From: Dehalococcoidia bacterium
GTDB lineage: Bacteria; Chloroflexota; Dehalococcoidia; Plut-88900
Assembly: GCA_965197645.1 (NCBI GenBank)
Contig: OZ240219.1
Location: 1,824,001 to 1,888,000, forward strand
DNA length: 64,000 nucleotides
Reading direction: 5' to 3'
Of the stretch, positions 38,140 through 48,423 are shown one piece after another. Positions within the stretch are counted from its first letter, which is position 1. Each line of letters opens with the position of its first letter. The position numbers and the translations under genes are program-made. The notes under the pieces were generated by a model. It saw nothing but the letters and a program-made list of their open reading frames with translations. It had not been told where the DNA came from and searched no databases.

Positions 38140-38164
38140 GGCTAAGAGGGTCGGATTCGTACCC
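38140..38164. repeat. Degenerate copy of the tRNA-Ser 3' end (older att site)
   Basis: GGCTAAGAGGGTCGGATTCGTACCC versus GGCGGAGAGGGTGGGATTCGAACCC, 21/25 identical, same orientation. Confidence 0.6.
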
Positions 38165-38246
38165 GGGCTGGTGCAGAGAATGGGCGATGGCACTTCACCT
38201 CGGAGAGACTTGCCACACTACGATCCGTTACTGTACGCTCGACCGC

Positions 38247-38591
38247 ATGACTCACCCACTCCGAGGCGCCCAAAGCCCTGTCGTCGTGACCGTCTATCCG
38301 ATGACCGGCCGCCAGCTTTTCTTCAACGTCCCTCACGCCGTCTGCAAGGAGTGCGACCTGACCGTTCACCTGGTACAGCGCGTCGCCGCCGACTTCCCCG
38401 ATGTCGAAGTTAGGATCAAACCGTGGTTTAGTCACCTCTTCGATGCTCTGCGACGTGGAGGATGGCATCCGCCCGTCGTTACGATCAATGGAAGAGTCAG
38501 TACCCAGGGAGTAGTCCCGGACGAAGACGGGCTGCGCCGCGAGCTAATGCACAGTGTAGGCCCTGTGGTCGCAGGCGCCGATGGCGACTGA
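38247..38591 (+). CDS. Thioredoxin/glutaredoxin-like small protein
   Basis: CKEC motif and HPPVVTING cis-Pro loop; overlaps the start of the next gene. Confidence 0.6.
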   Translation: MTHPLRGAQSPVVVTVYPMTGRQLFFNVPHAVCKECDLTVHLVQRVAADFPDVEVRIKPWFSHLFDALRRGGWHPPVVTINGRVSTQGVVPDEDGLRRELMHSVGPVVAGADGD

Positions 38592-39498
38592 CCATTCTGC
38601 CTCCGTGACCTCCACCGAGGCTTCACGCACTCTTCTCGGCGGCCTTGTCGCAGTCCACTCTACCCGTGAGTGGCTCAGGGTCTGGGCAGCCATCCTCATC
38701 CTCTTCGGTCCTGCAAGACTCGTCCTTCGTCTCACCACGGTTGTGGCAGATATGATCCCTATCCGCGGTCGGTCGGTCTGCCGGGTCGCTGAGCGTTGGT
38801 GGGCTCGGTTGGCTGCCCGTCTCCTCGGTCTGAAGATTTGCATCAAGGGCCTCGAACACATCGACCCGAACGAGCGATATGTGGTTGTATCGCTTCACGA
38901 AGGCTTCGCTGACGGCCTCGCCCTGCTCCATCTACCCCTATCGTTGACCGTGGTTGCTCGGAACGAGCTCATCACGTTCCCGCTTCTGGGCGGCCATCTC
39001 GCTCGCGGGCGGCACCTCTTCATCCGGCCCGAAAGTCCGGGACCAGCGGCCCGCACTCTTCTTGGCGGCGCCCGCGCTGCCATCGAGGCCGGAGAAAGTG
39101 TCCTCCTGTTCCCGCAGGGTTCTATCCTAGGAATCGAAGTCGCATTTCAGCCCGGAGCCTTCAATCTTGCGAGACGGCTCGGCCGACCGATTCTCCCCGT
39201 CGTTGTCACTGGCGGACACCGTGTCTGGGAGCACCCCTTCTCCCCCACGCTTCGCACCGGCCAGTCCATGAGCCTCGTCGTCCTGCCACCTATCCCGTCT
39301 GAAGAAGCCGTCTCCCGGCAAAGAACGATCGAACGGCGCATGAAACGGCTTGCCATTGCCAGCGCTACGCCACCCCGCCACTTCGATCCTAGTAAGGACG
39401 GCTTCTGGGATGGCTACCGATACGAGATAGACATAGCGTTCCCCGACCTTGCCCATCGAATCGCCACCCATCGCGCTCTACAATCTCATGGCAAATAG
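38581..39498 (+). CDS. Lysophospholipid acyltransferase (PlsC-like)
   Basis: HEGFAD (HX4D), LFPQG, PILPVVV. Confidence 0.8.
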   Translation: MATDHSASVTSTEASRTLLGGLVAVHSTREWLRVWAAILILFGPARLVLRLTTVVADMIPIRGRSVCRVAERWWARLAARLLGLKICIKGLEHIDPNERYVVVSLHEGFADGLALLHLPLSLTVVARNELITFPLLGGHLARGRHLFIRPESPGPAARTLLGGARAAIEAGESVLLFPQGSILGIEVAFQPGAFNLARRLGRPILPVVVTGGHRVWEHPFSPTLRTGQSMSLVVLPPIPSEEAVSRQRTIERRMKRLAIASATPPRHFDPSKDGFWDGYRYEIDIAFPDLAHRIATHRALQSHGK

Positions 39499-39649
39499 GA
39501 TCGCGTGGCGCACGGCAAACTGGAATGATCTAAGTACGCTATGTATCTCTAAAGCGGCGCTATTCGCGGGCGGTGGGCAAACCTCTACCTGACGATAGCC
39601 GATATCGTCGTCAATCTCCCAGGAGGTGATTGTAGGACGGTTCAGGATG

Positions 39650-39670
39650 TGGCGGAGAGGGTGGGATTCG
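39650..39670. repeat. att direct repeat (tRNA-Ser 3' end)
   Basis: TGGCGGAGAGGGTGGGATTCG, identical to 62645-62665. Confidence 0.92.
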
Positions 39671-39867
39671 GATTTAGCTATAAATGTGCCGCAATGATTA
39701 CCACAATTATTGGCCGAAAGAACATCCCCGATGAGCCTCAGGTGGGCCGTGACTTCAAGCCTCCATCTGACAGTAAGGTTGGACAGAGGAAGACCCACCC
39801 GCCATCAACGTAGCCCGTCCGCAGTTACTCCTTCGTCTGTCGCTCTCGTTGGATTGACATGACCTTA

Positions 39868-40275
39868 CTAGTGGCGGCGTCCATGACCACCGCTCATCGC
39901 CAGTTGGACGTCTTCGGCGGCTCGATGATGCCCCCGGTACCAGCTCTTCCCCAGGGAGGCGTCGATGATGAAGCGATCTGCCTCGAGATCGATCCGGTCC
40001 CACGTTAAGGTCAGCGAATCGCCGAGGTGCAAGGCTGTTTGACCGATCGGATGAATGTCGGGATAAACCCATAAGACCCGCGGCTTGGGTTTGAGCATAG
40101 GCAGTCTTGGCCACCTGAACATTGGGTGTCTCGAACTCCCTCACCACCACTGGGAAGGCCGGAGACAGGGGACACGAGGTTCCGATGGATCATCTCTATC
40201 TTGAGAGCCTTCTTTATCCCGCTCGATAGCATCTTGTGTACGAGCTGCGCCGAGCGAGTCTGTTCGGCCGATAGT
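39868..40275 (-). pseudogene. Frameshifted tyrosine-integrase remnant
   Basis: AQLVHKMLSSGIKKALKIEMIHRN (core-binding-like) and TALHLGDSLTLTWDRIDL (degenerate TGLRxGExxxLxWxDIDL) lie in different frames next to att. Confidence 0.6.
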
Positions 40276-40404
40276 CGACAGTGAAGTTGCTGCTAAGTGA
40301 GCTCTGACCGCATCTGCTTGTTACCCTAGATGACTAGATGTGTTCGATAACGCTGGGGTGCTCGCATTGCCGATACTAGTGGGCCTAGTAGATCTCTAAC
40401 GTTT

Positions 40405-41961
40405 CTATGCAATAACCCCTTCCTTCCAGTCCTTCAGTATCTCGTGGGCGGCATTGTGGCCCGGCGCCCCCGTCACCGTGCCACCCGGATGGGTACCTGC
40501 ACCGCATAGATACAGGTTACGGATGGGCGTTCTATAGTTGGCCCAACCGGAAAAGGGACGTTGTTGAAACAGCTGTCCTGGAACACAATCGCCGTGGAAC
40601 ATGTGGCCGCCCGTCATATAGATCCTGTCCTCCAGATCTTGAGGAGAGATGAAAACATAGTCGTCAATGATCTCTTTCAGGTTGGGTATGTATTCCTCCA
40701 TCAGGTCTACACAGTGCTCGACGTATGAATCGCCGATCTGCGCCCAGGCACCCTCCTTCAGATGGTATGGCGCCCACTGCCCATAGACCGTCATATAGTG
40801 TTTTCCCGGGGGCGCCATACTGGAGTCCATGGCCGAGTGGATGATTCCGGAGAGATAAGGCCCTTGAGCAGGCCGTCCGTATTTCGCGTCGTCCCAGGCC
40901 TTTTCCAAGTATTCCACGGTAGGACAAATCCAAAAGAGACCCTGGTGCTGCGAGCCGAGGCCCTTACCCGGTATCGCCTTGAATTCCGGCAGCCCGTCTA
41001 AGGCAAAGTGGATGTTGAAGGTCATCCCTTCCGACCGGATGTTTCCCACTTGGGTCTGAATCTCCGAATCCAGGTGCTCCGGCTCCAACAACCCGAGGAA
41101 AGTGCGCTTAGGGTCAGCGTTGGAGGCGATTACTTTAGCCTCAATAACCCTTCCGTCCGTTAGCTCCACACCCTTGGCCTTCCCATTGTCCACAGTTATC
41201 CGGGCCACTTCCGACTCGGTGTAAACATGGGCGCCAAAGCTATGGGCTGACATGGCCAGGGACTGGGTTATGGTACCCATGCCTCCCGGAACTCGACCCC
41301 AGGCCGTGCCTGGTTCGGGCCAGTAGTGCAGCATCATATAAGCCGAGCCAGGAGACATTGGCCCCCCGCCTATACCCGTCATTCCCCGCGGAGCGATGGA
41401 TGCCTTCACTTCTTCCGACTCGAAACGCGCGTCAAGGAATCCTTTCATAGTGCCGAACATTATCTCCTGGAAGCCCTTCAGCTCTCCCGCATCGGCGAAT
41501 TTTGACTCCAGCTCACCCAGGGACACCGGAGGCCGCAGCTCCAAGGACGGCTTGATGATCGAAGCCAGCTTGTCCATTTGCTTCTCAAACCGGAGGTAAG
41601 CTTGCGCATCCCTCTTTGAGAATTTCGCCACCTCGGACATGCTCTTATCTGGGTCTCTCCAATATTGTATGTAGCGACCATCCGGGAAGAGGTGCAGCCG
41701 ATGGGGATCGAAGGGGACCAGCTCGAATCCGAACTTATGGAGCTGCAGGTCACGGATGACCTTCGTCTTCAGCAACCCGCCGATTTGGGCGCCGGTACAA
41801 ACTTTGTATCCCGGAAACAGCTCCTCTGTTACGCACGCTCCGCCTACGATGTCTCGCCGCTCCAACACAGCAGTATTCAGCCCGGCTTTGGCCAGGTAGG
41901 CGGCACACACCAGACCATTGTGCCCACCCCCGACAATTGCGACGTCGTAGATTTCCGGCAT
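40405..41961 (-). CDS. Phytoene dehydrogenase-like FAD oxidoreductase (PYROXD2-like)
   Basis: VGGGHNGLVCAAYLAKAG, GGACVTEE, GGHMFHG, LYLCGAGTHPGGTVTGAPGHNAA. Confidence 0.9.
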   Translation of the reverse strand: MPEIYDVAIVGGGHNGLVCAAYLAKAGLNTAVLERRDIVGGACVTEELFPGYKVCTGAQIGGLLKTKVIRDLQLHKFGFELVPFDPHRLHLFPDGRYIQYWRDPDKSMSEVAKFSKRDAQAYLRFEKQMDKLASIIKPSLELRPPVSLGELESKFADAGELKGFQEIMFGTMKGFLDARFESEEVKASIAPRGMTGIGGGPMSPGSAYMMLHYWPEPGTAWGRVPGGMGTITQSLAMSAHSFGAHVYTESEVARITVDNGKAKGVELTDGRVIEAKVIASNADPKRTFLGLLEPEHLDSEIQTQVGNIRSEGMTFNIHFALDGLPEFKAIPGKGLGSQHQGLFWICPTVEYLEKAWDDAKYGRPAQGPYLSGIIHSAMDSSMAPPGKHYMTVYGQWAPYHLKEGAWAQIGDSYVEHCVDLMEEYIPNLKEIIDDYVFISPQDLEDRIYMTGGHMFHGDCVPGQLFQQRPFSGWANYRTPIRNLYLCGAGTHPGGTVTGAPGHNAAHEILKDWKEGVIA

Positions 41962-41980
41962 GAATCTCTAGAACCTGCCT

Positions 41981-43030
41981 CTATCTGGGCTCCAATACCT
42001 CTTTGATAACCGGTTTACATATACCCTGGCCCCACAGGGGCAGTACTGTGGAGTGGCCTCCCGCTGCTCCCCCGGCTACGAAAAGATAGAAGTCATCCCC
42101 CGTATTTCGGGCAGCTTCTTGTTTGCCCTCGGGGCCTGGGAACCGTGCACCGGCCAAGGCACCTCTTATGCCCTTATCGGGGGCCAAGTGAGGCCGGAGC
42201 TGGTTGGCCTTGCTGGCTATATAGTCCCTGACGTCGTTCTTTGACCACCCGGCCCCGCCGACCAGCGTGGCATGCTCCGGACTCATTAGCAGTATTGCCC
42301 CGGCATGGCAGCGCTCGCTCGAAGCCACGGTATGAGAAATTACGTCAAGAATGCCTTCCGGGTGGTGGTCCCTTTGGTTAAAGGCTTCCATCGGGTGTCC
42401 AACTGGCAACAGGCTCACGGTACTGGCCTCAAGGGGAAGGCCGTTATCGACGCTGTAAGCAGACCAGGGGCTGGCCTCTTCGTTTTCGCCGATGCACATG
42501 GTGTAGCGGCCGGAGTGTCCGAATGTGGACTTGGCGGTGACGCCTGGTATCTCTCGGCAGACGTTCATCAACACCAACCGAAGCGCCCGCCCTATGGTGG
42601 AGTTGGCCCTCCACCCCGGGCCCATCAGATTCCACCCGGAGTTGACGTCCAACTTCTCCCTCATGGGCCCGTTTATCACTATAAGAGCAGCGGAGGCCCC
42701 GGTGGTCTCCGCCAACGCCGACGCGTTGAAGGACGGCTCTAGCAGTCCTCGGATTGCCGCTGCCACCACGGGGGCGTACTCAGGGAGGCAGCCCGCCATG
42801 ATGGAGTTGACCGCCACCTTGCCCGCAGTGACCTCCCAGTTCCTACTGGGCCGCGTCCCTAGCACTTCTTGGAATTCAAGTCCAGCGCGATTCAGGAACT
42901 CCATCACCCGAGATTCGGTGGGAGGGATGACGGGAAGGCCGTCTGTCAAGCCCTGTTGGTAATAGTACTCAATAGCCTGAACGGCGTCGGTAAGTGGGTC
43001 TGGAACCGAAGCCTGTGATGTATCTGCCAT
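41981..43030 (-). CDS. Conserved hypothetical protein of the TDGLPVxPPT family
   Basis: GLTDGLPVIPPT, VAVNSIMAGC, GPGWRANSTIGRALRL, ENEEASPW. Confidence 0.75.
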   Translation of the reverse strand: MADTSQASVPDPLTDAVQAIEYYYQQGLTDGLPVIPPTESRVMEFLNRAGLEFQEVLGTRPSRNWEVTAGKVAVNSIMAGCLPEYAPVVAAAIRGLLEPSFNASALAETTGASAALIVINGPMREKLDVNSGWNLMGPGWRANSTIGRALRLVLMNVCREIPGVTAKSTFGHSGRYTMCIGENEEASPWSAYSVDNGLPLEASTVSLLPVGHPMEAFNQRDHHPEGILDVISHTVASSERCHAGAILLMSPEHATLVGGAGWSKNDVRDYIASKANQLRPHLAPDKGIRGALAGARFPGPEGKQEAARNTGDDFYLFVAGGAAGGHSTVLPLWGQGICKPVIKEVLEPR

Positions 43031-43389
43031 TTGATGACATACCCTGGATGCTAATTACGATTCAACTGAACCGGTTTCTTGGGCCAGCTGAACCGGCTTC
43101 TTGGGATCAGCTTGGCAACCACAATCGCTCGAGAACAGCTCTACCGGACTGATTCAGGTGATAGTAGCCCCGACGGCGAAGCCGGGTCAACCGCACTATG
43201 TTTCGCTGCAGGCCCCTCAATATGGATCCGACTGCCGGCAGACCTAAGTGATATCGGGCTATCCGGGAGTCAAAATCGTCCGTCCTGGTTCGAAGGTTCA
43301 CATCTGTTCCTTGTTGCGTCCGACCAGTAATTCATAGCATTTACATTGGAAAGTGTAAAGCGTTAAGATATCCCGAAAAGGAGGAGTCA

Positions 43390-44634
43390 ATGAAGTTCGG
43401 CATATTCACAAATCCGGCCATGCCCGGTGTGATTCCCGATGGTGTGAGGCTAGCCCCCATTGGTCGCAACAACGAGCGGTATCAGGGCCTGCTGGATGAG
43501 ATGAAACAGATCTGCTTTGCCGCCGAGGAGATGGGTTTCGACTCTTTCTCTACAACGGAGCACCACTTCCATTCCGAAGGAATCGAGATGTCTGTGGCCC
43601 CACTGTTGCTATATGCGGACCTGGCGGCCCGGACTAAGAAGATAAAGTTCGCTCCCCTGGCCATCGTCCTTACCACCTGGGACCCCATACGTGCCGCCGA
43701 GGAGTTGGCCATCTTGGACCACCTCACCCAGGGACGTATGATGGCGGGTTTCGCACGGGGCTACCAGGACAGGTGGGTAGGCGTTCTGGGCCAGAAATAC
43801 AGAATAAAAGGCACCCAGTCGGATAAATCGGCCACAAATGAACGCAACCGAAAGCTGTTTGAAGAGAACTGGCAGGTCGTCAAGGCGGCTTGGACCCAAG
43901 ACGTTCTCAGCTATCAAGGCGAGTTCTATGAAGCGCCCTTTCCCTACGAAGACGGTATTGAAGGCTGGCCTCTCGATCAGATCACCAGGGATCGGGGTGC
44001 GCCCGGTGAGATGGACGATGAGGGCGTGATACGGGGTATCTCCGTTGTGCCCAAGCCGTACCAGCTTCCTCATCCTCCCGTCTTCATGGCCTTCTCCCTC
44101 AGCGAAACGAGCATTAGATTTGCCGCCCGCGAAGGGATGATTTCCCAGATTCAGGTTTCCCGGCCTGCCGACTTCAACCACCTGTGCCACGTTTACCAGG
44201 AAGTCGCTGCGGAGCACGGCCGAGAGCTAGAGCTTGGCGAGCAGATTGCCGCACCTCGCTATATCTACATCGGAGATAGCTACGAAGAAGCCTTCCAGAG
44301 GGCCGTCAGGACGCTCGGCTGGCAGTATGCCGAATACTTCGGCGCCTTCGGTTTCATGGAAGGATTTCGCAACCCTGAAGACCCGGTAGAGCCGAAGCCG
44401 CTTAGATTCAAGGACGCCGATGAGGTCGCTAAACGACTCATCGAGCACCAGTTTGCCCTGGTCGGCACGGTCGATGATGTCAAGCGTCAGCTGGACTCAC
44501 TCGCCCGTTGCCACGATGGTGGAAATCTGGAGTGGTTCACCTACCAGCTGGACCAGGGTTACATGCCGATAGAGGAGGCTATGGAACAGATGGAAATCTT
44601 TGGCACCAAGATCATGCCCGAGTTCCAAGATTAG
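43390..44634 (+). CDS. LLM-class flavin-dependent monooxygenase
   Basis: TEHHFH, PIRAAEELAILDHLTQGR, PKPYQLPHPP; GAGGAG RBS; upstream TTTACA-N18-TAAGAT. Confidence 0.92.
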   Translation: MKFGIFTNPAMPGVIPDGVRLAPIGRNNERYQGLLDEMKQICFAAEEMGFDSFSTTEHHFHSEGIEMSVAPLLLYADLAARTKKIKFAPLAIVLTTWDPIRAAEELAILDHLTQGRMMAGFARGYQDRWVGVLGQKYRIKGTQSDKSATNERNRKLFEENWQVVKAAWTQDVLSYQGEFYEAPFPYEDGIEGWPLDQITRDRGAPGEMDDEGVIRGISVVPKPYQLPHPPVFMAFSLSETSIRFAAREGMISQIQVSRPADFNHLCHVYQEVAAEHGRELELGEQIAAPRYIYIGDSYEEAFQRAVRTLGWQYAEYFGAFGFMEGFRNPEDPVEPKPLRFKDADEVAKRLIEHQFALVGTVDDVKRQLDSLARCHDGGNLEWFTYQLDQGYMPIEEAMEQMEIFGTKIMPEFQD

Positions 44635-44710
44635 ACAAGTTGTCTCGGTACCAACCTTTGCTGGTGGATGTCGCAGAAGGATCCTCCTTAGTCAAGAAGG
44701 GAGAAACATC

Positions 44711-45850
44711 ATGGGCGAAGCAACAGTAGTGGACGCGGATGGCCACATCCTGGAGCCCTCAGACCTGTGGGAGAAAAACCTGGAGCCCCAGTTTAAGGAC
44801 AGGGCTCTGCGTATCGGAGTAGACCAGGACGGCATCGAGTACCTGGAGGTCGAAGGTAGTAAATCGGATGTAGTTAGCGGTGGAGGTTTCAACAGCTTCG
44901 GCAGCCTGGACCTCGACATCCGATCCCTCCGTGATACCAATAACCAAGTGGGAGGTCCAACCTACGAAGAGAGTGTTCCCGAGGGCGCCAGGAACATGGA
45001 AGCCCGGCTGGATTGGATGGACCAACAGGGAATTGATATCGCCCTCCTCTACCCGTCTCTCCTACTCGGCTGGCAGGACGAAACGGAAGATCCGGAATTG
45101 GCCGGGGCATACTGCCGGGTGTACAACACCTGGATTACCGATCTGTGCCGGCCCTATTCAGATCGCATTGTCCCTATAGCCCATGTCGCTCTGCATAACA
45201 TCGAGGACGCCGTTTTGGAGGTCAACAGAGCCGCCAAGCTGGGCGCCAAGGGCGTGTATCTCTTCGCTACACCCGTCCACGGGATTCCCTACGGTGATGC
45301 CCGCTACGATGCGTTTTGGAACGCCTGTCAAGAGTTGGGCTTGCCTCTGGGAATTCACGTAAGCAATACACCCAAGCATGCCGGCCACCACCTGTACCAG
45401 GGGGCCTTCGGCGAGAACTACTGGTGGCTAAACGTGATGTACAACCAGGACTGCCAGCTAAGCTTCACATCCTTCTTCCAAGGCGGTGTTTTCGAGCGCT
45501 TCCCCAAGCTGAGCGTCGGGATTGTGGAGACCGGGTGCGGCTGGATTGCCCATTGGCTGGAGCTGCTAGACTCCAAGTACAAGATAGGTGGTCATCCGCC
45601 TCTGAAGATGCTGCCTAGCGAGTACTTTGAACGGCAGGGTTGGATCACGGGTGAGGCCGATGAAAAGACCTTCCCTCACATGGCCCAGCTGGTGGGCGCC
45701 CACAAGCTCATGTTCGGCTCCGACTATCCTCACGAAGAGGGCCACGAGGAGCCGCTGGCAGAGCTAAAAGAGACCATCAGCATCCTCTCCCAAGAGGACC
45801 AGGACAAGGTCCTAGGGGAGAACGCCATGAGGATATACAACCTGAACTAA
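44711..45850 (+). CDS. Amidohydrolase_2 family protein
   Basis: DADGHILE, LYPS, GVFERFP..VETGCGW, FGSDYPH. Confidence 0.9.
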   Translation: MGEATVVDADGHILEPSDLWEKNLEPQFKDRALRIGVDQDGIEYLEVEGSKSDVVSGGGFNSFGSLDLDIRSLRDTNNQVGGPTYEESVPEGARNMEARLDWMDQQGIDIALLYPSLLLGWQDETEDPELAGAYCRVYNTWITDLCRPYSDRIVPIAHVALHNIEDAVLEVNRAAKLGAKGVYLFATPVHGIPYGDARYDAFWNACQELGLPLGIHVSNTPKHAGHHLYQGAFGENYWWLNVMYNQDCQLSFTSFFQGGVFERFPKLSVGIVETGCGWIAHWLELLDSKYKIGGHPPLKMLPSEYFERQGWITGEADEKTFPHMAQLVGAHKLMFGSDYPHEEGHEEPLAELKETISILSQEDQDKVLGENAMRIYNLN

Positions 45851-45908
45851 GTTTCTGACCTCGTATAGGGACCGGCTGACAGGCGCCACTCAGGGCAGGA
45901 GGAATGCT

Positions 45909-47069
45909 ATGCAGGACGCCGTCGTTGACATAGATGGGCACGTCGCAGAGCCCATAACCTTGATCATGGACGAATACCTGGAACCGGAGTTCAGGGACCG
46001 GCCCCTGAGGCTGTTGAACGATGAGCAAGGCCTGGAATACCTGGAGATCAACGGCGTGAAGTCGGAGGTCATTCAAGGAGGCACGGGCTTGGGGGTAGAC
46101 GCCGGGAAAGCCTTCGGCGCTGAGGACTACCGCCCATTCTTTACCCCGGGAAAGGTGCACTACTACGACGGCATGATCCCGGAGTCCAACGAACCCAACG
46201 CTCGAGCCAAGTGGCACGAATCGGAAGGCATAGATAAGGCTTTGCTCTACCCAACCCTCGGCATTTCCTGGGAAACCGAATGCCAGGACCCCAAGGTGGC
46301 AGCAGCCTACTGCCGAGCCTACAACAACTGGATCCTGGATTTCTGCAGCTCACACCCGGACCGTCACTACCCTGTTGCCCACATCCCCACCATAGATGCC
46401 AACGAGGCCGCAGCAGAGGTCCGGCGTACCGCCGAACTCGGTATCAAGGGCTATATGGTCTACAGTACCGCTACCAATGGTCTCTACTACGGACATCCCC
46501 ACTTCGATCCCCTATACGAAGCCGTCCAGGAAACGGGACTTCCCTTGGGCAACCACGTTGTAAATCAAGCGGATTACCTTGCTAAGGACAACCACCGATC
46601 AGAGTACCAGCAATCCGATTCGACGACCGACGACTTCTTCTACCTGACCATGGTAGTACCCTTCCAACCCCAACTGGCTCTTATTCATATGGTCTCGGAA
46701 GGGGCCTTCGATAGGTTTCCCAACCTGAAGTACGTGTTTCTCGAGACAGGGGCCACATGGATTGCCTACTTGCTGGAGCGGTTAGACGAGAAGTTCGAAA
46801 CCCAGAGCCACTCCACAACCTTCAAGGAGAAGCCCAGCGACTACTTCCGGCGCCAGTGCTGGATCTCCCTCGAACCTGAAGAGGAGCTGATCCCCCACGT
46901 TATCCAGAAGGTCGGGGCAGATAAGTTCTTCTGGGCCACAGATTTCCCTCACCATGATGGGTTTCCAGGCGTGGTGCAAGCGCTAAGAGAGTTGCTAAGC
47001 CCGCTGTCTCAAGAGGATGTAAGCAAAGTCCTGGGCCTAAATGCAGTCCAAGTGTACAACCTAACGTAA
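45909..47069 (+). CDS. Amidohydrolase_2 family protein
   Basis: DIDGHVAE, LYPT, GAFDRFP..LETGATW, WATDFPH. Confidence 0.9.
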   Translation: MQDAVVDIDGHVAEPITLIMDEYLEPEFRDRPLRLLNDEQGLEYLEINGVKSEVIQGGTGLGVDAGKAFGAEDYRPFFTPGKVHYYDGMIPESNEPNARAKWHESEGIDKALLYPTLGISWETECQDPKVAAAYCRAYNNWILDFCSSHPDRHYPVAHIPTIDANEAAAEVRRTAELGIKGYMVYSTATNGLYYGHPHFDPLYEAVQETGLPLGNHVVNQADYLAKDNHRSEYQQSDSTTDDFFYLTMVVPFQPQLALIHMVSEGAFDRFPNLKYVFLETGATWIAYLLERLDEKFETQSHSTTFKEKPSDYFRRQCWISLEPEEELIPHVIQKVGADKFFWATDFPHHDGFPGVVQALRELLSPLSQEDVSKVLGLNAVQVYNLT

Positions 47070-47081
47070 AACCGTGAACAT

Positions 47082-47110
47082 TTGACACTTGGTAAACCGG
47101 TTAATAACAT
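47082..47110 (+). promoter_or_regulatory. Sigma70-type promoter with an AACCGGTT palindrome in the spacer
   Basis: TTGACA-N17-TAACAT. Confidence 0.65.
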
Positions 47111-47181
47111 AACAGCCGCCCCAATTGAGCCAGACCCTGTCCAGCTTCCAACGAGGGACCAGGTCTAGGCAAGGCAAGCAG

Positions 47182-48423
47182 ATGACAACTACTGCGAAAG
47201 AAGTCAACGCCAACCAACCCGCAGCCGGAGGTGAGCACCGGCTGGTCTGCCGGAACATGTGGAAGGTCTTCGGGGACAAAGCTGAGAGTGTCATAAAAGA
47301 CTTGGACCCATCCCTCTCCCGGGATCAGGTATTGGAGCAAACGGGATGTGTTCTGGCCGTGAAAGACGTCTCCTTCAATGTGCGAATTGGCGAGACTTTC
47401 GTCATCATGGGTCTCTCCGGAAGCGGCAAATCAACCCTGGTGCGCTGTTTAAGCCGTCTCATCGAACCTACTCGTGGTGAGGTATGGATAGACGGCGAAG
47501 ACATCCTGGGGATGAGCAGACATCAGCTCAGGGAGATCCGCCGGCACAAAATCGGGATGGTCTTTCAGCACTTTGGCAACTTCCCCCACAAACGAGTATT
47601 TGACAACGTGGTCTACGGCTTGCAGGTTCAAGGCATGGACAAGACGGTGCGAAGAGAGAGGGTTGCCGAGGTGATCGAGCTGGTGGGCTTGACGGGATGG
47701 GAGGAACGGTATCCCCATGAGCTAAGCGGTGGGATGCAGCAGCGTGTCGGGCTCGCCCGAGCGCTGGCGGTAGATCCCGAAATCTTGCTCTTTGATGAAC
47801 CCTTTAGCGCCTTGGACCCCCTCATACGCCGGGAGATGCAAGACCAGCTGATAAACCTGCAGGGGCTGGTACAGAAGACCATGGTTTTTATCACCCATGA
47901 CTTCCTGGAGGCCCTCAAGCTGGGCGATAGGGTTGCCATCATGAAAGATGGAGAGTTCGTCCAGATCGGCACACCGGAAGAGGTCGTATCGGCGCCGGCC
48001 GATGATTACGTACGTGACTTCACCAGAGACGTACCCAGGTCAAAAGTGCTAACGGCCCGCTCCGTCATGTCGCCGGCGTTGGTGTCCGTCACGGCTGATC
48101 AAAACTTACGAGATGTTGTTAATCTAATGACAAGCCAGGACTGCAACTGCGCTGTGGTGGTGGATAATCAGGACCGTTTCAGAGGAACGTTACAGCTGGA
48201 GGACTGCCAAGATGCGGCGGTCACGGATCATGGGAGTGTCGCCGCTGTCATGCGGGACTCCTGTCCCACCGCGGCGCCCCACACCAGGTTGGAGCACCTG
48301 ATCCCCCTCGCCATCGCCAACGATAGCCCCATCGCCGTGATTGATGACGCACATTGTCTGGGGGTTATCAGCAGAGAGGCGGCAATGGCTGCCATGCTGA
48401 GCGAAGAGGGCGTTGCCAATTGA
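47182..48423 (+). CDS. proV: Glycine betaine/choline-type ABC transporter ATPase with CBS domains (ProV/OpuAA-like)
   Basis: [40 protein letters not shown]. Confidence 0.85.
   Translation: MTTTAKEVNANQPAAGGEHRLVCRNMWKVFGDKAESVIKDLDPSLSRDQVLEQTGCVLAVKDVSFNVRIGETFVIMGLSGSGKSTLVRCLSRLIEPTRGEVWIDGEDILGMSRHQLREIRRHKIGMVFQHFGNFPHKRVFDNVVYGLQVQGMDKTVRRERVAEVIELVGLTGWEERYPHELSGGMQQRVGLARALAVDPEILLFDEPFSALDPLIRREMQDQLINLQGLVQKTMVFITHDFLEALKLGDRVAIMKDGEFVQIGTPEEVVSAPADDYVRDFTRDVPRSKVLTARSVMSPALVSVTADQNLRDVVNLMTSQDCNCAVVVDNQDRFRGTLQLEDCQDAAVTDHGSVAAVMRDSCPTAAPHTRLEHLIPLAIANDSPIAVIDDAHCLGVISREAAMAAMLSEEGVAN

Noticed and set aside
43196-43246. UGSC-like selenoprotein (TGA-GGG-GCC-TGC = UGAC on the minus strand) next to the TDGLP gene
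   Set aside because: The frame is closed by TAG eight codons upstream and six codons downstream of the TGA.
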